This document shows, piece after piece, positions 51,215 to 63,497 of a DNA stretch of 64,000 nt (the stretch's first letter is position 1; each line of letters opens with the position of its first letter). The notes under the pieces are model-generated. The model made no database searches. It saw only the letters and a program-made list of their open reading frames with translations, and had not been told where the DNA came from. This stretch comes from Botryllus schlosseri. Lineage: Eukaryota. The position numbers and the translations under genes are program-made. Location of the stretch: the NCBI GenBank assembly GCA_051294905.1, contig CM119381.1, positions 19,034,001-19,098,000 on the forward strand, written 5' to 3'.

Positions 51215-52019
51215 TTATCTACCTAGCATGATAAATAGCGAGTCACCGCGGGGCGAAAGATTCCACTGTGCAGTAAATCCTTCAATACTATTTATTGCGT
51301 GTCGCTGAGACTTTCCATCGTGCGTAAATATGGAAATGTGTTCAGTTCGCTAATTTCGCGCGTGTGCGATCTTGATTAGCGGTTAGGCGGCTCTGTCCCA
51401 AATCTGAGCTGTTTGTAAGGCTATTACTGCTATAGTGTGACGTGCCTCCGTTGTACCTCTGTTCGTGTGACGACTTCGTATTCGATGTAACTTGTGACGT
51501 GTTTTTCGTACATGTCGATTGCATTTTTCGCTTACCAATTGCGATGTGATTTCGTGGCTTCAATTGGCAGTGTTCGCGTGTTGTCACACTGTTCTTTTTG
51601 TGTCTCAGTTCTTCGTCCTATGCACGGGTTTTTCGTGGTTATCCTTTCTGGTAGCGTGTTCGCCGTGGGCTTGATCATTACTATTGCCAATAGAACTGAA
51701 CATTGTAAATTTCCTGGTGCTCATTTTAGCCGTGCTGGTCGGCGTTGAGTTGTGAATTTCGCTTCTTAAGCTTGGAAGAAGGTCATGCATATGTCTATTT
51801 CGTCTACTGATGTGACGTCGTTCACGAAAGAATGGCTTCTGTTAACGTAGCCTGTAACCTGTTCTAAACCAAGGGAAGATCGAATTTACTGTGCTAGGAT
51901 GGAAATATTACTTTTTGCTCTGCGATAACTCGACGCTAATTGCTGTGGCGAAAAACTACATTGTCGACTGTAGAAAACGAAATGTAAGAACGATTTAGGG
52001 TGTCGGCAAAGAGATGTTG

Positions 52020-53435
52020 TCAAGTCAGTTGAAGCTTTTTGATCCTGCTCAAATTCGGCCGAATCGTCGCCCTCGCAGGGCCCTGGTAGGCTATCGATGT
52101 CAGAGATGGCCTGCCGTGCGCGCATTGAAACGGTAGTTGACATGTTGCAAGGTCTGCAATGATCTTGCGACAATCCTCCACGCTCAACACATCACCGAAC
52201 CGAATTGCTCCTGAAGATGCATGATGAGGCTATAGTCAATGTTCTGGACACGTTCGAACGTTGCGTTGAATAAAATATTTGTATATATAGTACTACTACT
52301 ACTACTCACCGTGACATGCTTGCGAGCAGAGGATTTCAAATATGCAGCGAGGAGTCGATGATGATTGAGTACCGGTCTCTCTGAAAAGCTGAAATAATAC
52401 GTATGCGACCATGCGTAGCAGGGGCGAAGTTCTAGCTTGGAATATGCGTTGCGTAAATTCCGTAAATGTCATCAAAATAGCCGGACGCGGCTTTTCGGAT
52501 TGTTCGTCCGAATATTTGGCAGCATGCACCTTACACGTTTGTTTGCACGCCTATGTAATACGACGCCCTCGGGCAGGGGTCTAAAATCTAATTAGTGCGG
52601 CGACTTGGCCAAACTTTTTCTCATTATATTTCACCATGACAATAAGTTATAGCCTCACTATGTTTATTACTTATTTTTGTTGCTGCCGCAATAGCTTGAC
52701 CTCAAGGCCCACGATTTTTTAAGGTACACTTGCTAAACATCACAGAAAGTCAAAACAGAAATGACATAATTCTGTTCACGAGCGTGATTTTGAATTGGAA
52801 ACTTTTAGTGCTGTGCTTGGAAAAACCGATTCGCGAGTGTGTTAGGTACATTCGTACTCGATATGTGTCGAGCTATTTTGTGTTTCTATTTATATCACTT
52901 TATTGTAGAAACGTACGTAAAGGTAACATGGTTGTGATGCTGTCAGCATTGTGCGTCCTAGAGGTAAAGCAAACGTAGCACAATGAACATACCTGTTGCA
53001 AGAATCGGCGCAAGCGACTTTCATCGCTAATGTCGACAAATAGGTTATTGAGGACGACCAGCTTATAAGATCTTGTCAATATTTCTGACGCTCCATATTT
53101 TCTCCATAACCATATAATCAAATAAAAATGTGGCGTTTCGGCTGAAAATCTCTATTTACTAAGTGCGGCCCGCGAATGGATCCAGATGTTGAATGCGGCC
53201 GGTTAGCCAAAAAGATTGCCCATGGGCCTAAGGGAGAGATGAATTCCAATCCACAGGCATGAATTAGCTATATCACGTGGCGATCACCGTATAGATCTCT
53301 CTGGGCTTACCTGTACTTGATCCTTAATTAGCCTCTGAGTCAGCAATTTTAATTCCGATGATCTCCGAATCCTGTCTCCTAATCTAGCAGTTTTTTCAAG
53401 AAAAACTCGCGGTAGTGCGACGATATCCAAGATGC
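52020..53435 (-). CDS. MLH3: MutL homolog 3, last three coding exons (endonuclease C-terminus)
   Basis: Exons 53311-53435, 52310-52388 and 52020-52210 join in phase: ILDIVALPRVFLEKTARLG...RLIKDQVQ|LFRETGTQSSSTPRCIFEILCSQACHG|AIRFGDVLSVEDCRKIIADLATCQLPFQCAHGRPS...RPNLSRIKKLQLT*. ACH and FQCAHGRP are MLH3 signatures. Confidence 0.92.
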
Positions 53436-53991
53436 CTGCATAAATGTTTTTTAAGGAACTGTGTGTTTTAAATCATAAATTGGCTATATTTGGCTTTGTG
53501 ATTGAAATCTAGATTAGCCTAGATATCGCGTCAAGAATACAGAAATAGCATGCTGCAGTCATTCCATACAGAAGCGTGACCCCGTATGGAATGTCGCGCG
53601 TGGTCAGTTATCACGAATACGGCTTAATGAGTTTGTTTATGATGACATAGACATTCTCTACTACTAGAATCACGGGTGCAGTGTCCACGTCCTCTAGCAA
53701 TGATACAGACAACCTGATATTGTGGTTTTTGCAGTGACCACCAAAGAGGTTTCCTAGGAGCAGCACCCCAGCAAAGAATTTAATTTAGGTTGAATTGGAG
53801 CTAAACTTAACTAGGGGTCCATGGACCCCTTGGGGTACGAAATTCAGTGTAGAATTATAGGCTACTACTCCAGAATGAAAATTATTTCGCAAATCAAGAT
53901 CAAGTAGAGAATAGATCATCCCCATCCTAAACCAAATAAATACCTGTGCTGCCTGCCGTCGGTTTGTCTTGTATTTTGGTTGGATAAAAGT

Positions 53992-54599
53992 CAGGGTTGT
54001 AATGACTCGAGTCTGAATCGAGTCACGATATTTTGGTGAATAGACTTGACTCGAGTCATTTTTTCAAATGCGTAAAATGACTCGACTCGAGCCAATTTGT
54101 GTATTGACTTGACTGGCACTCGAGCGATTGTACAGGACTCGAACCAAGTCATGTGACTCGCGACTATGGGACTATCTATATATAGTCTCTATACTATACT
54201 ATCTATACTAGGACGGCCAAGACACATTTTAACTTTGAAGAATAGCAAAGTCACCACATTATTTTGGTATTTCGTCTAACAGTCCTAATACTTGGCGATT
54301 AGGATTGGTCAGAAACTGTAAAGACTGAGTAAAATTACGATAATTTGAATGCGAGCAGAGTTGAAAAAAGTGGGTTGAACCAAGTCGAACTCAAAACTGA
54401 GCACTGAACACAATGACTTGGACTCGGACTCGAGTCACAGGACGTACTATGACTCGGACTCGACCATTGACTCACTGACTTGGACTCGGACTTGCCTCGG
54501 TGGTGAATTGAAAATGACTCGACTTGACTCGAGTCAAAACTACAAAAGTGAGATTGACTTGTGACTCGGAACCTTGTGAGTGACTTAGTTACAACCCTG
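53992..54599. mobile_element. MITE of the GACTCGAGTC family
   Basis: TIRs cagggttgtaa / ttacaaccctg; dense gactcgagtc/gactcggac motifs. Confidence 0.75.
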
Positions 54600-55446
54600 A
54601 TAACAATAAAGACTATCGAGAGAGAGATAAACAATGGATGCCCCAGCAAACACATTACGGCAAGCGGTTATCCGTCGGATAACTTGTCCTTTGGCCCAGA
54701 TTCATCCTAGTGCCATCCGGTTGCACCGAGCGTGTCGACTCCTGGTGTTATCCAGTGGGTGACCACTGACCATCCAACAAGTCATTTCTGAGTCACTTCC
54801 TGGCCACTGTAGGGACAAAGTCCGGTTGGGACCGATATCCATAGACTATCCACTGATCAACCCTCTGAATACTAGCTAGCTCCTGAACCTGCATATTTCC
54901 TTACCACAGGTTAGGCGACGCACAAATACACTTACACAAGATTGATTTTCAGGCAAAAAGCTTATATTATCGAATTGTCAACAATAAAAACTAAGCAGCA
55001 ACGAGTAAAATTAACAACGGCTCTAAATCACGTCAAAATCAATCACTCACTCAAGTTCAAGACATACAATAAAGCAACAGGTGGACTCAAAAATATGACA
55101 AGCAGTCGATCAATTAATCAATCAGGCTAAAAATAGGATGACTACGAAGTATGTACACTGGGAGGATTACAGAATACCACACATACACAACTTATCAGAA
55201 ATACCAGAGGTTGGCAAGTTTTGAAAATCATTATAGGCAATAATAAAAACTGCAGCAAAGTAAAGCACAGCATTGAGTCAAAGCAACAATAATTGTCAAT
55301 CAATCAAGGTAAAGAAGCATGCACACTAGAAGGATTACAGAATACGACACACGGACAAGTGTTGAAAAATTAAGATAGGTCGAAGCAATTGCCTAGAATT
55401 CTGCCTATGAGAATAAAACAAGACACGCACTGCATTACACATGCAC

Positions 55447-55861
55447 ATTAGGGCTCTTCAAAAATAACTTTTTTTCTCAAATCTACTTGATAAAATTGTT
55501 AGGTTACCTAATATAAGCCTACACACAAAATTTGGTTCAATTCCAGCCAGTAACCGCTTTGCTACAGGAGAAGAAAGTTCCTATTTATTATATAAAAATA
55601 AATAATAAAAAATTTGAAAATTTTCTGTTCACCCCATGAAAAAGTTAGGCTGTCTATAGAAACGATGCTCACCAAATTTGGTTCAATTCCAACCAGTGGA
55701 AGTGGAGTTATTGCCGTCGAAAAATTTGGATTTGAATAAAATAGTATTTACGGTGAGCACAACTATAATAAATAAACAAAGAATCGGTCACCGTAATTAC
55801 TATTTTATTCAAACCCAAATTTTTCGACGGCAGTAACTCCGCATTTTTGAAGAGCCCTAAT
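55447..55861. mobile_element. MITE nested in the EnSpm element
   Basis: Perfect TIRs attagggctcttcaaaaa / tttttgaagagccctaat. Confidence 0.8.
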
Positions 55862-56654
55862 GCGCATACACAAATGTATCAGAAAAACAGAGGCTGGCAA
55901 GTTTTGAAAATCATTATGCCAACAAGACATAGCGATACATTCAAAATTGCAGTGCAGTAAAAAAAGCACAGCATCGAGTCGAAGCAACAACTGTCAAATC
56001 AAGTCGCAAAATTACGTTCACTATATGAGAATACCATAGGAAAAAAAATTCAAAGTGGCAGGTTGAAGTTCTTCAATGACAGTAAAAAGACATGCACCGT
56101 TGCACACTAGGGAAATATCCGTTGATATTTAAGAATTAAGATGGCAAGTTTTGAAGGTGAAGAGGTAATACGAATAGAGATACAAAAAAAAACAGGATGT
56201 TTTATTCTGGTCAATTGCTCGTTACGACATCCTCCATGTGCAGATCTGTCACACATTGAGCAAGGTGCAGTATAACAAACAAAGCACTTCTACTCGGGTT
56301 TCGCCTACTTGTACTGCATGTTTTTTCACTACTTCTACTTAGGTTTGTCAGACATAACCAGTTAGATAGCTCCTAGAATGTAGTAAATAGTGAATGCAAT
56401 TTAGAAATCGCACTATAATTGGAGTGCCATTATATATTTTTCGCGTACATCCTGCAGTTTTGAAAGCGGCCTCTACCAACTGCAGTAACCTGCAAGTGTG
56501 CGACTCGTTCTACTTTTGGAAAATACTCAAGTAGTCACAATTTCAGATCCACCTTTACTTGAGCAGCAAGGATGACTCACTTTCACCCCTTTTTGATCGT
56601 ATATACCGTGTCTAGAGCGGATGAAAATAATAATCAGCAGATTCAACTGTAACT

Positions 56655-56860
56655 TGTAAAAAATTCCACAGCAAGCAATGCACACTTGCAACCAACAATC
56701 TCTCTAGCTGGAAATATCTTCAATCTTCATACAGGTTCAACTTGCAACGAGGTCAAAAGTTGGTATGAGGGAAATGACTTTATACTGCATCCTCTTCCTT
56801 GTTTGCGTAAGACTGAGACAGGATACGGACTTGTTCTACATTCTTGTCCTAAAATAATTA
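56655..56860 (-). pseudogene. Degenerate C-terminus of an EnSpm-type transposase
   Basis: Minus-strand remnants NVEQVRILSQSYANKE and LKIFPAREIVGCKCALLAV, broken by stops and frameshifts, resemble the tail of animal EnSpm transposases (recalled, not searched). Confidence 0.4.
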
Positions 56861-57500
56861 GCAAGAAAATCATTACAAGCGAACATGAAACGATCCTTCA
56901 AAATGCTGCCAATTCCGAACGCCTTGCAAAATTCATTCAAACACTGACAAAGTACAGCATACTATGCATAAACGCACAAATCATGAATATTAAAATTTAT
57001 GATCATTATGGAACAGTGGACACTAGGGGTGTTCAAAAAAAACTTTTTTCAAATTTGATTGGCTTAGCTGGCAAATCATTAGGTTACCTAAAATACCTTG
57101 CACAAAAAATTTGACTCATTTCAATTCGCAGATGCTGAGGTCATCCAATTAGAAATTTATATCATTTTTCAAATAATAGTATTTACGGTGAAAAATTTCA
57201 CCACTCCGACATGATCAAAATGCCTAAGATGTAGGGATGCTTTTTCCCACTCATTTCCATCTTTACAGGGGCCTATGGTAGAGTTTGGATGAAGACATCG
57301 CCAGTTGACGAATAAAAGATATGACACGGATTAGCTGGAAATTAGTAGACTTCATTGAAATAGCTAATAGACACGTTCAAATGATGGTGATATACTTTGC
57401 AAATAAACTACTTTTCACACTAATATTAACGACCACGAAAATGAAAAAAAAAACTGACACATAGGTAAAACAAGGGTAAATATATGAGTATGGTCATGGT

Positions 57501-58589
57501 CATAGGCGCCGAGTTACGGGGTGGCACCCCATTCAATATGCTGAAACGCCCGCCGTCTGCGATTTCAAATTTTCGTATATCTCTATTGTCTAGTCATCTA
57601 GATACGACATCAGCGCTGTCAATGAGCAAGTCCGTGATATCGCGTAAATGCCAACAATTTACCATTAACCGATACACACGCAAATAATTGAATACGCAGC
57701 TTCGTAGGCGGCGACAAACTAATGCTTGAAACGCTCCAATAAATTGTAACCCGGGATTTCGACATGCATTTGTCGTGTTGTCAGACTAGGTTCCGACCCA
57801 TTGTGCTGTATTCAAGTTGGTGAATTACTGATTAGATGCGCCAGGTGAGGCCTACAATATTCGTATCGTAGGCCTCGGATGCGTGCTTTTTCGTCTGCTA
57901 TCATCTGTAGGCTACTAATTCTTGTCTGGTTTATACACTCGCATTTTCTCAATGTCACGTGTCGGTGTTTGATTCGTTGATAATACTGCGCATTGTGCAG
58001 TGCAAGGCGTTGAATCACGTTGTCAAATAGTGATGCAACACGAGGTTTTCTGTGGCGTAAATTCTGAATTTATTCGATTAGTTCGAACGGGAACCTTCTA
58101 TTTTCCAATACAATAAACTTCATTGCTGGACGGACTGGAGCTCAACCATATCGCGGATCGAATTTCAAACCGACGCGCGACGCTATAATCGCTGGCATGA
58201 AATATCACGTGCGCCAGGCTATGCCTGATATCGTTACCAGCATGAACTATCGAGTCTACAGCAGGACTGGCGCATGTGATAACATCGCTGGCCTAAACTA
58301 TAGCATCTGCTACAGACATCATATGATTTGCCTGCTATCTCTACTTATTTGATTGTTATGTTATACTGGCTTAAGACTGCCAGCGTCAAATTGAATAAAC
58401 CTGAATCTGCGCAATTGGCCACGAACAGACGCAAACGAACGTAATTGATTCGCGCTAATACTGAAACATCAGAAGATGCATGTACTTAACCGTAATAAAT
58501 GATGCTAACTTGGTAAATTTGAAGAAATTTCAAACCCCTCCCTTGTTTCATCTGGTCACCCTATGTAGAAATAGAAGTCGGCGCCTATG
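57501..58589. mobile_element. MITE nested in the EnSpm element
   Basis: TIRs cataggcgccga / tcggcgcctatg; related sequence at 17270-18595. Confidence 0.7.
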
Positions 58590-58667
58590 AGTATGGTTAT
58601 GCAATATAACCATTATCCCCTCTGCGCAATATATTAAGACAATCAATATTGCACCTACCTCGTACTG

Positions 58668-60520
58668 CTGATTTCTGTTTTTGGATGGTGCATGGCGCAA
58701 CACCGATCTGACTTCAATCTCGTAGTCCTTTTCCGGAACAGTCGTAGGAATATTGCAACAAGCACCTTAACAGGAAGATTATAGTAAACAATTTATAGAG
58801 ACGACAACTAGTTCAACCTACGATATATAATATATTGTATAAACTCAGTGCAAACAGAGCTTTTTTCCCAGTTCTGCCCAACTTTATCAGTTGCCACTCT
58901 ATTGGGAAACTCAGGGCTACTCAATTAAATATACCATATACTCACCATTTCCAGTAGGAAATTCCCAGCAGAATGAACCTAGACGACTCTCCAGGAAGGG
59001 CTACTTGCTGAGACAACGTATCTGAACAGATAAATAACAGTCAGTGGCAACTCAAACACGCAATAACGGGCATGGGTTGATTAAACGCAGTCAAATAATG
59101 GTAATCTTATAGCTGGCGAACAGAGCGCAAAATTTAATAAAACAGGTCTCAATATAAAGCTACTTTCGCACTGATTCAGAAAATATAAATTAAAATCTGG
59201 TACGGGCACTAAACCCCCCGAAAATTGCTTTTAAAATCTGCATTGTTTCTAACAAAGGTAGCGGCAGTAGACAATGACAAATCAAATGTCTAGAACTGAT
59301 TGTGACATCATTGAACGCCTTGGCGAAGTCGTGCTGAATATAAATAACAATGAAATTCAAGAACCGCTGTGCCGAATGGAACAAACTGTTTTGTAGATCG
59401 GCCTGTTGCGTACCAAGAAATACGCGTTGATAGTAAATTCTACGATATATGTTTAAGCTTTTGTGCTATAATTTATACTTATCCAAAATTTTGAATACGC
59501 GACGACGCATAAAATACACAAACTATTCACATTACGACTTATTTGCGCTACAGCCATTGATACGACGCGCTATACTCTGAGAATCACGGGGAACACGGCA
59601 AGCGACTTCGCCAAGGCGCCTGCCCAATGATGTCACAATCAGTACGAGACATTGAACGGTCATTGTCTACCGACGTTACAATTGATAGAAAAAATACCGA
59701 CTTTGGCCTTTCGAGGGCGATTTCCGGGGCGTTCCAGTGCCCGGACCAGATTTTAATTTCTCTTTTCAGAGTCAGTGCGAAAGTAGCTTTCGATTGAGAC
59801 CCGTCTAATTAAATTGTTCATTCTGGTCGCTAGCTCTAACATTAACGCTGAGTTATCAAATTGGAAGTTTCTACAGTCATCATTGCATGAGCTGAGCATA
59901 GAAAATTTCAAATAATTCATAACTTACATACGGTATACCCAGCTCAGCTTTCTAGACTATAAGAGTTGAATAATTTTTTTACAAATCAAACGGTCATAAC
60001 TGCAGATGCTGTTTTGATACCACATGGAGGAAATAAGCTCTAACCTGCATTTGGTAAATTGTTGATGCACTGTCCGTAAAATCATGACATTACTGGCAGA
60101 TTTCTTCCTTCACTTTTCTTCAAGATGCTGAGATTTCTTTTCGAACTGTTTCGCCCGAGCTGCAGCAAGATCAGTATCACTGGCCGGGTTGGAATCCCGG
60201 TACGTTTAGCGTAATATATTTGGTGTGCAGTATCACACCGTGAGAACAGTTAGTAGAATCTTTGGTGTGCACGAGACACCGATTCCATATTGGATCACTG
60301 GTATCAGTGGAACATGTGCGTTTTCTTTGAATCTTCTCGTGACCACCCGAATCAGACCTTGAATCGGAATCATATTTGGTAGATCTTCGTATCCGTCGTC
60401 TTTTCCCCGCATCCGATGCCGAGCTATCCAAGTTAGTATTGCAATACTCAAAGCATAGCGCTGGCCGCTGGGTAGAATTGAATATCGGTACTTCAATACT
60501 ACAATTTGGAAGCCAAGCAT
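58668..60520 (-). pseudogene. Degenerate spliced accessory gene of the EnSpm element (DUF4806-like)
   Basis: Minus-strand remnants TNLDSSASDAGKRRRIRRSTKYDSDS, KLGRTGKKALFALSLYNIF and EKDYEIEVRSVLRHAPSK resemble the accessory proteins carried by animal CMC elements. Confidence 0.5.
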
Positions 60521-63146
60521 TAATATCATGATTGAAATACCAGCAATCACGACTCTTGAGTAGGGATGTCTATCATTCAATTTGGGTTACGGGTCTCATT
60601 CAAAAATTCTGATAGCTTGCGGTCAGTCAAGTGTTACCTTCCAATCCATTTCCAGTTATTAATCACAAAACAGTAACTCTTACCTTATGTTGATCAAGAA
60701 ATCAGGTTTGGTTACAATAAAAGGACGTACTATAACAGTATCAACTCTAAACCTACCTACCTACCTATACCGAACATCCGTCATAATAGCTCTTTAATAC
60801 TATATAGGGATTCAATAACCAAGCGCATTTTCGTTGTGCACATACGCCACTTCTGACTATAACCGTATCATTATCATTGACTGACTACACTGCTACAACC
60901 AGTGGTTATGGTTATATAATCACCGAGCTAAGTGGCACACAGCAAATGTCGAAAATGCTTCTCGCCGCTGACAACAATTCACTTCAAAGAATCACGGTTC
61001 AAACTTCCCAGACGAAAATTTGAATCACGTGAACTGGGCTCACTGCGCAATGCGCCACTGCGCATATGGATGAAAAAGGCTAATGATCTCATTCACTTCA
61101 CGCATGGCGCGACGCACGAGGAAAGCTCGTCAATCGTTGAGTGGTATTCAGTGGGGTAACATCACTTAGCTATATAACATCGGTAAAACATTATGAGGTA
61201 CAAAAATTGTAATTGTCAAATTGTAAAGTTTATTACATGCTCGAAATAAAAGTACGAAAGAGAATGTACCATTATCGAAGTCGATAATAGAGTATACCAA
61301 TATTCAATATACCAGCATATAATCCCTGTAAATTATATGGCGATCAAGTCAGATTCACTATGCGCAGTCGCCATTTCTGCCGACCCATTGAACGCATTCA
61401 AGTGAAAAACGCTAAACATCTCACGGCATGACGCACGCGAAAAGTTCGTAACATCTTTCGGAATTGCGAATGTTCACCGCAGGAACAAACAGTAACATGA
61501 CAGCTAAAAGGGCACAGAAATGGCAATGTTTAAAAGCTTGAAATGTAGGCCCGACAGTGAATATTGACCGTTCAATGCCAGCATGCATAATCCGGTTACG
61601 TGACGTCGCTATGAAGAATCACGTCCAGTGACGATTTTCCTTCAAATTCTATTGAAATATTTTGAAATACTGAAATGTGTGCAATTTGTGCATATCAGCG
61701 TCGGGAGTTATTGAGAGGTTGACTTTATAGCTGAAACAAAATGGAGCTATCCTCACACTGTCCGAATATGATATCCATTGGAATTCTGATTCGCGCTTTC
61801 AGTGGACTATCCCGAATATCGGTGTGTAAACGTGCGATTTTCTTTCAAACTGTACTCTTGAAACATTTTGAAAGGATGAAATATGTGCCCTTATCAGCAA
61901 TAACTTGAGTGGTTGACTTTTTAGCTGATACAACATGGAAATATCCGCACACTGTCAGATTATGATATCCATTGGAAATTGAATTGGGACTTTTAGTGGA
62001 CTATCCGAAATGATTTTCTGTATGTATGTCCTAGGATATCCGAACTGGACATTTTCCAACTTGGATAGCCAAGTATTAGCCCACGTCTGTCCAACCGGAC
62101 ACTGGGACACTCGGACACTGCTTGGATAGCCCTAGGCAATTATGTGTTTGCTGGGGCGTGACTGGAAGTCGTCCGAAAAGAATACCAAAAGGCAAAGACT
62201 AAATGAACATTACAACATTCATTATCATGGCGCAAATAACCTGATTATCCAAAATTGTTCAATAAAACAAACAAAACTGCCCTAAAACACCGTCCGTATC
62301 AGAGAAAGTACCATCCCGATCCGCCCTTATCACCAAAAGTATGAATCCGGCTCCGATCCAGCCAAAAAAGAAGAAAAATATCCGGCGGATATCCAGTCCA
62401 TGGACTATCCATGCCCCGCTCTGGGAGGGAGCCCAGATAAACCCCAGACACTTCTTAACGTGCTGGTGGTTTTACTGACTATACTGGAGCCGGAGCCTCT
62501 CGCGTCTGTGGCGGTGGATTGAACAACTTCGCGATCTTTTCAATGTCTCCTGCAGTAGAATATCCAGCTACATCGATAGTGAGAGGTTACTGTTACCATA
62601 AGCGTAGCTAAGTTGAAAATTTGAAAGGGTCATTCATGTCACTGAGGCTCACCCCAATTACAAAGTGTTTCGAAAGGTAGCGATTTCAGAACAAGTTTAT
62701 AGCCACACAAACACTACATTTCGGTCAACAATATCTCGATATCACAAACTTTTCATTGACGGTCGTGGGTATATCTATCAATCAGATTCGTCCCAACAAA
62801 TTCACGCCTTTGATGAAACTACTTAATCTACCATTTCAATAACGTTACAAAGCGAGAGAACACTAATAAAATTCTCGTAGCTAAATCCAAGGCAGGAAAC
62901 AGTTCATTTATCTCGACCTGGCGCCCGTTCTACCGCAATTCAACCCGACTTTGTTTTCTCTACTTTACAGACCTTTTCGTATCGAAAGCGGACACGATAC
63001 TTGGCAGGAGTGATGAATGCGACAATCTTTCGCCCGCACAAGGCGTCTTGTTGCGCTTTTCCAAAGCTCTTTCACGTCGCTAGCATGACTCCACGATTGT
63101 ATCTGTCACTATAATCACGATTCCTATTCCTGGTATTTTAGTAATC

Positions 63147-63497
63147 ATGCTGTATGAAGCATTGTGCAACTATATTGCCGCTGCTGCTGTGAAAGGTATT
63201 GCAAAAAGGATGGGGAAATATGTGATAATCGCCGTGATAGCAATTGGGGTATTCGCCGTTTCCGGCGTCCTTATTGCTTGTATGTGCTATTCACAAACCA
63301 CCGAAGAAGAGATCGAATTAGCGATAAAAGAAACGAAGCCAGATAAATTGTCGGTGGAACAGTCAGGACGATTGAAGGTTGTAGCAGACTGGTGCAAGAA
63401 GCTTAATTGGTTCCTAAAGACGCAATCTTGGGAAAACTCGATTCCACACCTCATTGTGGACGACGAAAGAAAAGTGATGTTCTGCGCGATACCGAAG
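63147..63497 (+). CDS. First coding exon of a Golgi carbohydrate sulfotransferase (CHST8-14/HNK-1ST, Sulfotransfer_2 family)
   Basis: Type II signal-anchor (YVIIAVIAIGVFAVSGVLIACMCY), then HLIVDDERKVMFCAIPK|GT at the start of the 5'-PAPS-binding motif. The rest of the gene is not seen in the window. Confidence 0.85.

Larger units (their letters stand above)
54642..62155 (-). mobile_element. Defective CACTA/EnSpm (CMC) DNA transposon, ~7.5 kb
   Basis: TIRs cccagcaaacacat / atgtgtttgctggg; 2-bp TSD gc (54640-41 and 62156-57); GGATA/TATCC-rich subterminal motifs and ~200-bp tandem units (61630-61990); degenerate coding remnants on the minus strand. Confidence 0.75.

Noticed and set aside
52900-53121. 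Minus-strand ORF ending in a good donor (FLQQ|GTATGT) as an MLH3 exon
   Set aside because: It lies between two exons that already join in frame and match MLH3 contiguously; no phase-0 acceptor fits and the similarity is unconvincing.
56686-57114. 142-aa plus-strand ORF
   Set aside because: It is antisense to a decayed transposase remnant and runs into a MITE; no recognisable domain.
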